Below, in pieces: positions 9,528 through 18,278 of a stretch of 64,000 nt of DNA. The translations under genes were made by a program, and so were the position numbers. Within the stretch, counting starts at the first letter, position 1. Each line of letters begins with the position of its first letter. Below the pieces are notes generated by a model, which did no database searches, had not been told where the DNA came from, and was given only the letters and a program-made list of their open reading frames with translations. The stretch is from Alphaproteobacteria bacterium (GTDB lineage: Bacteria > Pseudomonadota > Alphaproteobacteria > Caulobacterales > Hyphomonadaceae), in NCBI GenBank assembly GCA_031394145.1, contig JANMWT010000371.1, positions 35,314 through 99,313 on the forward strand, given 5' to 3'.

Positions 9528-9587
9528 GCCGAAAGCAAGAAGGCCGAAAGCAAGAAGGCCGAACGCAAGAAGGCCGAACGCAAGAAG
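9528..9587. repeat. tandem repeat 4 x 15 bp (gccgaa[a/c]gcaagaag)
   Basis: Units at 9528, 9543, 9558 and 9573. Starts 7 nt after the stop codon at 9519-9521 and runs into a terminator hairpin. Confidence 0.95.
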
Positions 9588-9607
9588 GGAGGCGAGGCCT
9601 CCCTTCT
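9583..9607. terminator. candidate bidirectional hairpin terminator between convergent genes
   Basis: Perfect 11-bp stem agaagggaggc / gcctcccttct with a 3-nt loop, followed by cgttctc. Lies between the 3' ends at 9521 (+) and 9671 (-). Confidence 0.55.
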
Positions 9608-9670
9608 CGTTCTCGCTGTGGCGGCCTGGCCTGTCGCCGGCAGGTCCGCGTCTCGTATCCTCAGGTCCAA

Positions 9671-11074
9671 TCATCCACCCGCATTGACCCAGTTGCCATG
9701 GAAGCCGGCCGGCACGCGGCGCGGGACTTCCAACACGGCCGCCGGCTCGCCTGCGACGTCCTGGGCATTCAGGATCACCAGATCGCTGCGGTCCTCCGCA
9801 GGGCGGTGAACGATCGCCAGAACAAAGCCATCACCCTCGGGTGCGTCAGGCGCGCGCGGCACGAAGATCGGCTCGCCCACCGTGTCGCCCTTGGCGAAGC
9901 GCTGCAGCGACCGCTTGCCGGTCTTGAGGTCGACATGGGCGATTGAATCGAACACCAAGGTCTCGTCCATCTCCGCGTTGGCGGCATGCCAGCCATGGCG
10001 GTAGGGCAGGCCGGCAAGGCGTTCATCGAAGCGCGGGAATTCGCCGACGAGATCGTCGAGCGGCGTGCGTTTCACCCGCGCCGCAGCATCGGCAAGGTCG
10101 ATGGTCCAGCGCACCAGGCGGGCCTGGCTGTCTTCGCCGGGCGAGCCGTCAGCGTTGGGGAAGAGCGGCGCCGTCGGATATTCCATCATCTCGACATGGA
10201 TCAGGTCGCCATCCTCCCAGGCGTTCATGGGATGGAAGACGTAGACCGGATCAACTTCGATCCAGCGCACCGTATCGACCGATGCGTTGCGCTTCATCAC
10301 GCCGACAAATGCGCCCTTCTCAGGCTCCCAGGCGAAGGCGGGCCCGCCACGTTGGGCCCGGTCCATGTCCCCGGTGAGCGGCAGGATCGGGAAGAGCGCG
10401 TAATTCCGCGTCACGAAGAAGTCGTGAACCATCGAGCAATAGGGCGCCTTGAAGCGGTCGCGGCGCACGACCTTGCCGGTTGCATCGCTGACGCCATAGT
10501 CGAGATAAGGGTTGAGCGGGCCTTCGCCGCTGGAGTAGGCGAACCACACCATCTCGCCGGTTTCGGGATCCATCTTGGGGTGGGCGGTGAAGCGACCGCC
10601 TGTCTCGACCCAGCCGATTGAATCAAGCGTGGTCTTGTCGAGCTGGAAGGGGTTGGAGCCTTCCTGCAGCGCCGTCAGCTTGCCGGCGTGGTGGACGATA
10701 TTGGTGTTGGCGCCGCCGCCGTGGATGTTTTCGACCGACGGATCGGACGGGCGGCCCATGCCGCCGAACAGGTTTCGGCCGGCCTTGTTCTCAGCCACCC
10801 AGCGGTCGGTGCGGACATAGCGGTTGCGATAATGCGCGCGCTGGTTATCGCCGATCCAGAAGCCGTGGATCATGCCATCGCCGATGAAGGCGTGATATTT
10901 CGGGCCCGGGTCGAATTGCGGGTTGGGTCCATTCCGATAGAGCGCGCCGCGCAGGCCGTCGGGGATGCGGCCGCGAACTTTCAGCTCGAAATCATCCTCG
11001 CTGCGGATCGGCGCGAGATTGCCTTCAAGGTGCGGGTTGGTGGTCAGGGGTTCGGTCGTCACGGTATCAGCCAT
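9671..11074 (-). CDS. carotenoid/apocarotenoid (stilbene) cleavage oxygenase family
   Basis: Conserved His contexts IGDGMIHGF, FTAHPK, MVHDF and FHPMNAWE, plus C-terminal GFHGNW. 467 aa. Confidence 0.9.
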   Translation of the reverse strand: MADTVTTEPLTTNPHLEGNLAPIRSEDDFELKVRGRIPDGLRGALYRNGPNPQFDPGPKYHAFIGDGMIHGFWIGDNQRAHYRNRYVRTDRWVAENKAGRNLFGGMGRPSDPSVENIHGGGANTNIVHHAGKLTALQEGSNPFQLDKTTLDSIGWVETGGRFTAHPKMDPETGEMVWFAYSSGEGPLNPYLDYGVSDATGKVVRRDRFKAPYCSMVHDFFVTRNYALFPILPLTGDMDRAQRGGPAFAWEPEKGAFVGVMKRNASVDTVRWIEVDPVYVFHPMNAWEDGDLIHVEMMEYPTAPLFPNADGSPGEDSQARLVRWTIDLADAAARVKRTPLDDLVGEFPRFDERLAGLPYRHGWHAANAEMDETLVFDSIAHVDLKTGKRSLQRFAKGDTVGEPIFVPRAPDAPEGDGFVLAIVHRPAEDRSDLVILNAQDVAGEPAAVLEVPRRVPAGFHGNWVNAGG

Positions 11075-11157
11075 AGTCGCCTCCGTTTTATTTATGGCGT
11101 AAATTTATACTGTAAACTAGACTGGCGTCAAGAGCTGCCAAAAAGGATTCGTCCGGC

Positions 11158-11823
11158 GTGCCAAAAACCCTGTCTCCGGCCGATATCGAGGCCTTCCGAG
11201 CGCGCCTCTGCAACCTCGCCGAAGGGCTGTTCGCGGCGCACGGACCAGACGGCGTCACCATGCGCCAGCTTGCCGATGCGATGGGCGTCTCCTCGATGAC
11301 GACCTACCGCTATTTCGAGGACAAGGACGCGATCCTGGCGGCGGTGCGCACCGCCGCCTTCAACCGCTTCGCAGCGGCGATGGAAGCAGAGATGGCGCGA
11401 GCGATCGCGGCCGCCGGTTCAACCGATGCCGAGGCCAAGCCGGCCATCAGCCTGACCCAACGCGGCGCGCTCGCCGCAGATGGCGCCGGCAATGCCTATC
11501 TCGACTTCGCCCTGTCGAACCGCGCCGCCTATCGCATGATGTTCGATGTCGACCAGCCGACGGCGGAGAAATATCCCGCGCTCGTCGCGGCGATGGACCG
11601 CGCCCGCGCCACGATGGGCGACGGCCTGCGGCTGCTCTCTGAACAAGGCCGGTTCAGGGGCGATGTCGAGCAGACCGCCCACATCTTCTGGTCGGCGATG
11701 CACGGCCCGGTGATGCTCGAGCTCGCCGGCCTGCTTCAGCCGCCGCTCGACGCTCGCGCCATCGCCGGTCCGATGCTGAAAATGCTGGCGGAGAAGATGG
11801 GCGTCAGTCAGGGTCAGGGTTAG
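11158..11823 (+). CDS. TetR/AcrR family transcriptional regulator
   Basis: GTG start. N-terminal HTH GVTMRQLADAMGVSSMTTYRYFEDKDAIL. Divergent from the oxygenase gene. Confidence 0.85.
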   Translation: MPKTLSPADIEAFRARLCNLAEGLFAAHGPDGVTMRQLADAMGVSSMTTYRYFEDKDAILAAVRTAAFNRFAAAMEAEMARAIAAAGSTDAEAKPAISLTQRGALAADGAGNAYLDFALSNRAAYRMMFDVDQPTAEKYPALVAAMDRARATMGDGLRLLSEQGRFRGDVEQTAHIFWSAMHGPVMLELAGLLQPPLDARAIAGPMLKMLAEKMGVSQGQG

Positions 11824-12464
11824 GCGTTGCCGCCGCCGCCGCCGCCGCCGCTGCCGCCGGCGCTCACCGCCACCATCGCTGCGCGCAAGGTGCGGTCGCC
11901 GATCTTCCAGCCGCTCTGGAAAAGCTCAGCCACCGTGCCGGCCGGATGGGGCGAGGGGATCTGCGTCACCGCCTGGTGGTGGGCCGGGTCGAAAGGATCG
12001 CCAGGCTGGGCGGCGATGGCGGTTACGCCGTGGCGCGCCAGCACCGTCACCAACTCCTTCTGGGTGAGATCAACGCCTTCGATCAGCGAGCGGGCCGCTT
12101 CCGGCAGGCCCGTGCGCGCCTCAGGCGCAAGCTGGTCGAGCGCGCGGGTGAGATTGTCGGCGACGCTGAGCAGGTCGCGGCTGAACTTCTCGACGCCATA
12201 GATGCGCGCATCGTCAATCTGGCGGTTCGAGCGTTTGCGGACATTCTCGGTTTCAGCCAGCGCCCGCAGCATCGCGTCTTTGAGCTCGTCGCGCTCGCGC
12301 TCCACCGCTGCGAGCCGGTCGGTCAGCGGGTTCTCGTGAGCGGTCGCGCCCGGGGCTTCGCCCATGCCTTCGTTCTCGGCGCGCAGGATGTCGTCCTTGA
12401 CGGCGGCGGGGTCGCCATTGCCCGATCCGTTACCGGAGCCCTGCCTACGGGTGTCGTCAGCCAT
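11820..12464 (-). CDS. grpE: nucleotide exchange factor GrpE
   Basis: ERDELKDAMLRALAETENVRKR coiled coil and C-terminal FDPAHHQAV. Lies directly downstream of hrcA. Confidence 0.95.
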   Translation of the reverse strand: MADDTRRQGSGNGSGNGDPAAVKDDILRAENEGMGEAPGATAHENPLTDRLAAVERERDELKDAMLRALAETENVRKRSNRQIDDARIYGVEKFSRDLLSVADNLTRALDQLAPEARTGLPEAARSLIEGVDLTQKELVTVLARHGVTAIAAQPGDPFDPAHHQAVTQIPSPHPAGTVAELFQSGWKIGDRTLRAAMVAVSAGGSGGGGGGGNA

Positions 12465-12481
12465 TCGCCTCTACTCTCTCG

Positions 12482-13531
12482 CTAGTCTCGTCTTGTCGTC
12501 CGGTCGCCGAGCAACCGTCCGACCACCTGCGCCGTATAGTCCACCATCGGGATGACCCGGGCATAGTTAAGCCGGGTCGGCCCGATCACGCCCAGAGCCC
12601 CTACGATCTTTCGCTCGGCGTTCATATAGGGCGCCACAATCATTGCGGAACCCGACAATGAAAACAGCGGGTTCTCCGCGCCGATAAACAACCGAACGCC
12701 TTCGCCGTCACGGGCGGTGTCGAGCACATTGAGCAGGTTCTCAGAGCGTTCCAGTTCGACGAAAAGATCCCGGACGCGGTCAAGATCATCCGGCGCCCCG
12801 CCGTCCTCGAGCAGGTTGGCGCGGCCGCGCACGATCAGCGACCGGCCGCGGCTCGGATCCTCGCCGCCCCATTGGGCAAGGCCGTCCTCGACCAGTTGCG
12901 CCGTCACCGTGTCCAGGGCGGCGCGGCGCGAGCGAACTTCCGAGATCACCGTCTCGCGCGCTTCGGCGAGGGTGCGGCCCTTCATTCGGGCGTTGAGAAA
13001 ATTGCCGGCCTCGATCAGCGCCGAGGCCGGAAGTCCCGGCGGCAGGGCGAGGAGTCGGTTTTCGACCTCACCTGATTCGGCGACGATGACCGCCAGCGCC
13101 TGTTCGGCGGACACCCGAACGAACTCGATATGACGGATCGGCGCATCCGCTGCAGGGGTCGCGACCAGGCCTGCGCCGCCGACCAGGCCGGAGAGAAGCT
13201 CGGACGCCTCGGCCAGCACGTTCTCGATACGGCGCGCGCCATTACCGGCAAGCCGGCTCTCGATCTGCAGCTTGTCGGCTGCGGCCGGCTCGCCGATCTG
13301 CAGGAGCGAGTCGACGAAGATCCGGAGGCCGGCATGGGTCGGGATGCGCCCGGCCGAGGTGTGCGGCGAGCCGATCAGGCCGAGCTCGGCAAGATCCGAC
13401 ATGACATTCCGGATCGAGGCCGGCGACAAGGAGACGCCGCGGCGAGAGATGGTGCGTGAACCCACCGGCTCGCCGGTGTCGAGATAGGCCTGCACGATCT
13501 CACGAAAAATGTCGCGGCTGCGCTTGTCCAT
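12482..13531 (-). CDS. hrcA: heat-inducible transcription repressor HrcA
   Basis: Start chosen at [30 protein letters not shown] (ATG at 13529-13531). C-terminal [24 protein letters not shown]. Confidence 0.9.
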   Translation of the reverse strand: MDKRSRDIFREIVQAYLDTGEPVGSRTISRRGVSLSPASIRNVMSDLAELGLIGSPHTSAGRIPTHAGLRIFVDSLLQIGEPAAADKLQIESRLAGNGARRIENVLAEASELLSGLVGGAGLVATPAADAPIRHIEFVRVSAEQALAVIVAESGEVENRLLALPPGLPASALIEAGNFLNARMKGRTLAEARETVISEVRSRRAALDTVTAQLVEDGLAQWGGEDPSRGRSLIVRGRANLLEDGGAPDDLDRVRDLFVELERSENLLNVLDTARDGEGVRLFIGAENPLFSLSGSAMIVAPYMNAERKIVGALGVIGPTRLNYARVIPMVDYTAQVVGRLLGDRTTRRD

Positions 13532-13670
13532 GGCCGCGAAAGCAGACGGCGCGCGCGAGGCGCCGGGAGGAGGTCGCGGGGTGGCGGTCATTGCCGGAGG
13601 AAGGTATGGGTGGCGCGCCAATGATTCAACGGCCAATGAGCGGCCCGGCCCAAGCGAAAGACCTGATTTC

Positions 13671-14384
13671 ATGAGACCTTCCGGCCGAAAGCCCGACCAG
13701 CTGCGCGCCATCAGCCTGGAACCCGCGCCGACGCGCTATGCGGAGGGCTCTTGCCTGGTGAAATTCGGCCATACCCATGTCCTGTGTACGGCGAGCTGGG
13801 CCGGCGAAGTTCCGCGCTGGAAGAAGGGCCGCGGCGAGGGCTGGGTGACCGGAGAATATGGCATGTTGCCGCGCGCCACCCATACCCGCGGTCGCCGCGA
13901 GGCGGCGGAGGGCAAGCAGTCCGGCCGCACCCAGGAGATCCAGCGCCTGATCGGTCGCGCCCTGCGTTCGGTCACCGACATGAAGGCGCTCGGGGAGAAC
14001 ACCATCACCCTTGATTGCGATGTGCTGCAGGCCGACGGCGGCACCCGCACCGCGGCGATCACCGGCGGTTATGTCGCGCTGGCGCTTGCCTGCCGCTATC
14101 TCCAGGAGGAAGGGATCATCAAGGCGAGCCCCCTGTCGGCCCAGGTCGCCGCGATCTCGTGCGGCATCTTCGAGAACGAGCCGGTGCTCGACCTCGACTA
14201 TCCCGAAGATTCAGCTGCGCAGGTCGATGCGAATTTCGTCATGGCCTCGGGCGGCAAGCTGATCGAGATCCAGGGGACGGGCGAGCAGCGCGCCTTCTCG
14301 CGGGCCGAGTTCAACGCGCTGATGGATCTAGCGGAAAAAGGATGTGGCGAACTGTTCGCCGCGCAGATCAAGGCGCTGGGCTGA
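13671..14384 (+). CDS. rph: ribonuclease PH
   Basis: Start at [12 protein letters not shown] (ATG 13671). Motifs [17 protein letters not shown] and [18 protein letters not shown]. Confidence 0.95.
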   Translation: MRPSGRKPDQLRAISLEPAPTRYAEGSCLVKFGHTHVLCTASWAGEVPRWKKGRGEGWVTGEYGMLPRATHTRGRREAAEGKQSGRTQEIQRLIGRALRSVTDMKALGENTITLDCDVLQADGGTRTAAITGGYVALALACRYLQEEGIIKASPLSAQVAAISCGIFENEPVLDLDYPEDSAAQVDANFVMASGGKLIEIQGTGEQRAFSRAEFNALMDLAEKGCGELFAAQIKALG

Positions 14385-14386
14385 GC

Positions 14387-15295
14387 ATGGCGACGCGGCG
14401 CGACGTGCTGCTCGGCGGGTCGGCGGCGCTCGCCGGCGCATGTGCGCCGCCACCGAAACCAGCTGTCCCTCTCGAAACGCGTTTCACCGCCCTCGAGGCG
14501 ACGCTGGACGGCGGACGGCTGGGGGTTTGCGCGATCGATACAGGATCAGGCGCTCGCCTGGTCCACCGCGGCGATGAACGCTTCGCCATGGCTTCGACGT
14601 TCAAATGGTTGCTCGCCGCGGCGGTGCTGAACCAGGTCGACGCCGGCGCCGTGCGCCTCGACCAGCGCGTCCTCTACAGTGCAGCTGACATTCTCGATTA
14701 TGCACCCGTCGCCACGGCGCATCTCGCCGCCGGCGCCATGAGTGTCGAGGAGCTGCTCGAGGCGATCATCACCGTCAGCGACAATACGGCGGCGAACCTC
14801 TTGCTGCCCGGCGTCTTGGGCCCTGAGGGGCTCACCCGCTTCCTCCGGGCCAATGGCGATGGCGTCACCCGTCTGGATCGCACCGAACCTACGCTCAACC
14901 AGAACGCACCGGATGATCCACGCGACACGACGACGCCCGCCGCTATGGCCCAGACGCTGAAACACATCCTGGCCGGCGAGGGTCGCCCGGCGGGCGGGGA
15001 CGTTCTCAGCCTGGCTTCGCGCCAACGCCTGATCGGCTGGATGGAAAAGTCCTCGACCGGGCTCAAGCGCCTGCGTGCGGGCTTTCCATCAGGATGGCGC
15101 GCGGGGGACAAGACTGGCAGCGGCGCCAATGGCGCGCTCAATGACTGCGTCATCGTCTGGCCGCCAGCGCGACACGGATCGCCACGCCAGCCGATCGTCA
15201 TCGCCAGCTATATCAGCGGCGGCGCCGCCGGCCCCGAGACGCGCGAGGCGTTGCAAGCTGAAATCGGACGATTGATCGCCCAAGCCTGGGGCTAG
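14387..15295 (+). CDS. class A serine beta-lactamase with twin-arginine signal
   Basis: Tat-type MATRRDVLLGGSAAL. STFK (SxxK), SDN, EPTLN (Glu166 region) and KTG are all present in order. The ATG lies 2 nt after the rph stop. Confidence 0.9.
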   Translation: MATRRDVLLGGSAALAGACAPPPKPAVPLETRFTALEATLDGGRLGVCAIDTGSGARLVHRGDERFAMASTFKWLLAAAVLNQVDAGAVRLDQRVLYSAADILDYAPVATAHLAAGAMSVEELLEAIITVSDNTAANLLLPGVLGPEGLTRFLRANGDGVTRLDRTEPTLNQNAPDDPRDTTTPAAMAQTLKHILAGEGRPAGGDVLSLASRQRLIGWMEKSSTGLKRLRAGFPSGWRAGDKTGSGANGALNDCVIVWPPARHGSPRQPIVIASYISGGAAGPETREALQAEIGRLIAQAWG

Positions 15296-15305
15296 GAGAC
15301 AAGCG

Positions 15306-15917
15306 ATGGCTGACGACAAGCGCGCTGTGACGGTTCATTCCACCCGCACCGCCTACAAGGGCCGCTACACAATCGAGGAGGCGGACTTTTCCTTCGATCG
15401 GGCGGCAGGCCCTGGGCGGATTGAGCACGCAACCCGTGAAGTGTTCGAGCGCGGCGACAGCGCAGCCGCGCTGCTCCACGACGTCGTCCGCGACGTGATT
15501 GTCCTGACCGAACAGTTTCGCTATCCGACCTTCAAGAAGGGCCCAGGCTATCTGCTCGAGGTCGCCGCAGGGTCGATCGAGGACGGCGAGGATCCTGCCG
15601 ACTGCATCAAGCGCGAACTGATGGAGGAGACCGGCTATCGCGCGACCACGCTGACCCGCATCGGCGCCTACTACGTCTCGCCGGGCTCGAGCTCGGAGCG
15701 GATCTTTATTTACTATGCGCCGGTCAAGCCTGAAGACCTCGTCGATCCTGGCGCCTCGGGTCTCGCAGCCGAAAAGGAAGACGTGAAACGGGTCGAGTTC
15801 GACCGCGAGGACTTTCTCAGCAAGCTTGAATATGGCGACTTCCAGGACGCCAAGATCATGGTCGCCGGCCTATGGCTGAAGACCCAGCCCCGCAATGGCA
15901 AGCCTGCGAAGCGCTGA
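15306..15917 (+). CDS. NUDIX hydrolase (nucleoside-diphosphate-sugar pyrophosphatase type)
   Basis: Nudix box GSIEDGEDPADCIKRELMEETGY. About 200 aa, NudF/NudK-like length. Confidence 0.85.
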   Translation: MADDKRAVTVHSTRTAYKGRYTIEEADFSFDRAAGPGRIEHATREVFERGDSAAALLHDVVRDVIVLTEQFRYPTFKKGPGYLLEVAAGSIEDGEDPADCIKRELMEETGYRATTLTRIGAYYVSPGSSSERIFIYYAPVKPEDLVDPGASGLAAEKEDVKRVEFDREDFLSKLEYGDFQDAKIMVAGLWLKTQPRNGKPAKR

Positions 15918-15941
15918 GGCGGCAGTTTCGTCCGTGGCCGG

Positions 15942-16214
15942 TTATTCAGCGGCGACGGCCTTGGCGGCTCCAGGCTCCTCGTTCTCGTCCTCGTCGCTGG
16001 CCGCTGCTTCGTCCGGATCCCAGACGAGAATATCGCCTGGCTGACAGCCAAGCTCCCGGCAGAGCGCCTCGAGCGTTGAAAAGCGGATCGCCTTGGCCTT
16101 GCCGGTTTTCAGAATCGACAAGTTGGCTAGCGTGATGCCCACCTTGTCGCCCAGCTCGGTGAGCGACATTCGCCGGTCCAAGAGAACCCTGTCGAGAGTA
16201 ACGCGTATCGCCAT
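15942..16214 (-). CDS. XRE/YozG-type HTH transcriptional regulator
   Basis: MAIRVTLDRVLLDRRMSLTELGDKVGITLANLSILKTGKAKAIRFSTL with an acidic tail. Usual partner of a DUF2975 membrane protein. Confidence 0.85.
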   Translation of the reverse strand: MAIRVTLDRVLLDRRMSLTELGDKVGITLANLSILKTGKAKAIRFSTLEALCRELGCQPGDILVWDPDEAAASDEDENEEPGAAKAVAAE

Positions 16215-16306
16215 TCGGCTCGTGTCGTCCTTCGTGTCCGCTGGTCGTCCGCGCGGTCCGGTGCTGTTTACGTCGATCGCCGTCGCGCCCTGACGCGCGG
16301 CGAGGC

Positions 16307-16873
16307 CTAGATCGTCATCTTCTGTTCCTCGCGCAGCGCGGCGCCTTCGCTGAACACCTGGGCGAGGACGACCAGCGTCAGAACCGAGAACCAGACGGAC
16401 AGGTTGAGCGAGACTGCGATTGGCGCCGCGCCATCGGTGGTCGCAACGCCAAAGGCTCCGAGCACGATTTGCACGATCAGGCTGATGGTCATGCGCACCA
16501 GTTCCAGCACCGCCAGCACGATGGCGATGGCGCGCAGGCGCCGCGCATTGTCCGGAACGAACGGGTCGCCATTGATCAGCGTCTCGAACACGCCGCGCAG
16601 GTGGGCGCAGACGATCATTGCGCCGATGCAGGCGATCGACCATTGCAACGTCCAGCGGACGATGCCGCCGGGGCGCGATATGTCGATGTGCGCGAACATC
16701 GCTATGTGCCCGCCGGTGATCATGCTGAAGACGGCGACGGCGGTGACGATCCAGATGAAACCGAGGGCGGCGCACGCCAGCACCCATGCGATGTCGACGG
16801 CGACCTTGAGGAACGACGAGATCGATCCGCGACCAATGGCGCTGATCCGCATCAGGGTCTGGCTCCGTTGCAT
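16307..16873 (-). CDS. DUF2975-like integral membrane protein
   Basis: Four hydrophobic segments and FVPDNARRLRAIA. Immediately upstream of the YozG-type regulator on the same strand. Start at 16873 is uncertain. Confidence 0.6.
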   Translation of the reverse strand: MQRSQTLMRISAIGRGSISSFLKVAVDIAWVLACAALGFIWIVTAVAVFSMITGGHIAMFAHIDISRPGGIVRWTLQWSIACIGAMIVCAHLRGVFETLINGDPFVPDNARRLRAIAIVLAVLELVRMTISLIVQIVLGAFGVATTDGAAPIAVSLNLSVWFSVLTLVVLAQVFSEGAALREEQKMTI

Positions 16874-16939
16874 CCCGAAATCGTCCGGCTCATAAGCGTC
16901 CCAGATAACTGTCCCGGCCGGATCGCGCGCCCGCCTTGC

Positions 16940-16965
16940 CCCCGGGTTGGCCCCGGGTTGGCCCG
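16940..16965. repeat. tandem repeat about 2.4 x 11 bp (ccccgggttgg)
   Basis: Units at 16940-16950 and 16951-16961, then a partial unit. Confidence 0.85.
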
Positions 16966-17080
16966 ATTGCCATATGGTCTGCCCGCTGGCGAGGATTGAG
17001 CTTGGCTGGCGGCAGGGATTTGGACCATATCGAAAATCAATATGGACGTCCATGCAGTCGGACGAAAGGATGCAACTGCC

Positions 17081-17701
17081 ATGAATGAGCCCCGAAAGCT
17101 GCCCGCCGGACGTCTTCTGGCGGCCACCCACAACCCAGGAAAAGTGAAGGAGTTCAACGAGCTGCTGGCTCCGCTTGGCTTCCAAACGGTGTCCGCCGCC
17201 GAGCTCGGTCTGGCTGAGCCTGAAGAGACCGCGCAGACCTTCCAGGGCAATGCCGAGCTCAAGGCGCTCACCGCCGCGCGGACGGCTGGAGAACCTGCGC
17301 TCGCCGATGATTCAGGACTGGCGGCCGATGGCCTGGCGGGCGCGCCTGGCATCTATTCGGCGCGCTGGGCGGGTCCGGGCAAGGACTTCGCGGCGGCCAT
17401 ACAGAAGGTGGAGGATGGTCTTGCCGCCGAAACCACTGCCGACGGCGAAGTCGATCGGCGCGCCAGTTTCATCAGCGTCCTCTCGCTGGCCTGGCCTGAT
17501 GGTCATGTTGAAAGCTTCGAGGGCGTCGTCCGCGGCCAGCTGGTCTGGCCGCCGCGCGGCGACCGGGGCTTCGGTTATGATCCGATCTTCGTGCCCGAAG
17601 GCGAGACCGAAACCTTTGGCGAGATGGACCCGGCGCGTAAACACACGATGAGCCATCGCGCCGTCGCCTTCGCAAAATTCAAGGCGCGATTTGAAATCTA
17701 G
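17081..17701 (+). CDS. rdgB: non-canonical purine NTP pyrophosphatase RdgB/HAM1
   Basis: Motifs [23 protein letters not shown] and SHR. The alternative upstream ATG at 17042 is less likely. Confidence 0.9.
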   Translation: MNEPRKLPAGRLLAATHNPGKVKEFNELLAPLGFQTVSAAELGLAEPEETAQTFQGNAELKALTAARTAGEPALADDSGLAADGLAGAPGIYSARWAGPGKDFAAAIQKVEDGLAAETTADGEVDRRASFISVLSLAWPDGHVESFEGVVRGQLVWPPRGDRGFGYDPIFVPEGETETFGEMDPARKHTMSHRAVAFAKFKARFEI

Positions 17702-17828
17702 GAGCTGAATTCGATCAGGGGTCGATCGGGGAAGCCCCCGAGGTCCGTGAGCGCCTGCCGCAACTTCGCTTGCCATCCATGCTTGCGGGCGTAGGCTTCG
17801 GTACGCGAGGCGCCAGACAGGGGGCTGA

Positions 17829-18227
17829 ATGGCCAAGCTCGGAAGCGTCCTGATCGTCGACGACAACGCGCGCTGCCTGGAGTTCATGTCTCTGGCTTTT
17901 CTCGGCCATGGCGGCTTCGATGTGCTGACCGAAACCCGCGCGATCGCAGCGCTCGCCCGCATCCGCATCGAGAAACCTGATCTCATCATGCTCGACGTGA
18001 AGATGCCGGAACTCGACGGCTTCAGCGTGCTCGCTCTCCTCCGCGGGGAGGGCAACCTGGTTCCGGTGGTGATGTGTTCGGGTTCAGCCCGCCAGCAGGA
18101 TGTCGATCGCGCCTACGCGTCCGGCTGCAATGCCTATGTCGAAAAGCCGACCTCGCTCGAGGATTATCGCGCCATGGCGGGCGCGATCATGAATTATTGG
18201 GGCCGCAGCGAATTGCCGACGCACTGA
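17829..18227 (+). CDS. single-domain (CheY-like) response regulator
   Basis: VLIVDDN, phospho-acceptor context DLIMLDVKMPELDG, and YVEKP. Confidence 0.85.
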   Translation: MAKLGSVLIVDDNARCLEFMSLAFLGHGGFDVLTETRAIAALARIRIEKPDLIMLDVKMPELDGFSVLALLRGEGNLVPVVMCSGSARQQDVDRAYASGCNAYVEKPTSLEDYRAMAGAIMNYWGRSELPTH

Positions 18228-18260
18228 AGGCCGACGCACTGAAGGCCGGCGCACTGAAGG
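18216..18260. repeat. tandem repeat 3 x 15 bp (ccg[a/g]cgcactgaagg) containing the stop codon
   Basis: Units at 18216, 18231 and 18246. In-frame TGAs at 18225, 18240 and 18255. Confidence 0.95.
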
Positions 18261-18278
18261 TGGGGGGGAGCACGCGCC

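Noticed and set aside
11075-11157. A TetR operator palindrome might lie in the oxygenase/tetR divergent spacer.
   Set aside because: The spacer is AT-rich, but only a weak 4+4 inverted repeat (TTTA..TAAA) is present. That is not enough to call a site.
13532-13670. A CIRCE operator (TTAGCACTC-N9-GAGTGCTAA) might lie in the hrcA/rph divergent spacer.
   Set aside because: No match to either half-site was found by eye.
12482-15295. The ORF track gives N-terminally extended versions of hrcA (to 13711), rph (from 13509), bla (from 14015) and, elsewhere, trpS (from 43621).
   Set aside because: The extensions are Arg/Pro-rich and overlap neighbouring genes. Internal ATGs reproduce the conserved family N-termini ([16 protein letters not shown], Tat [14 protein letters not shown]).
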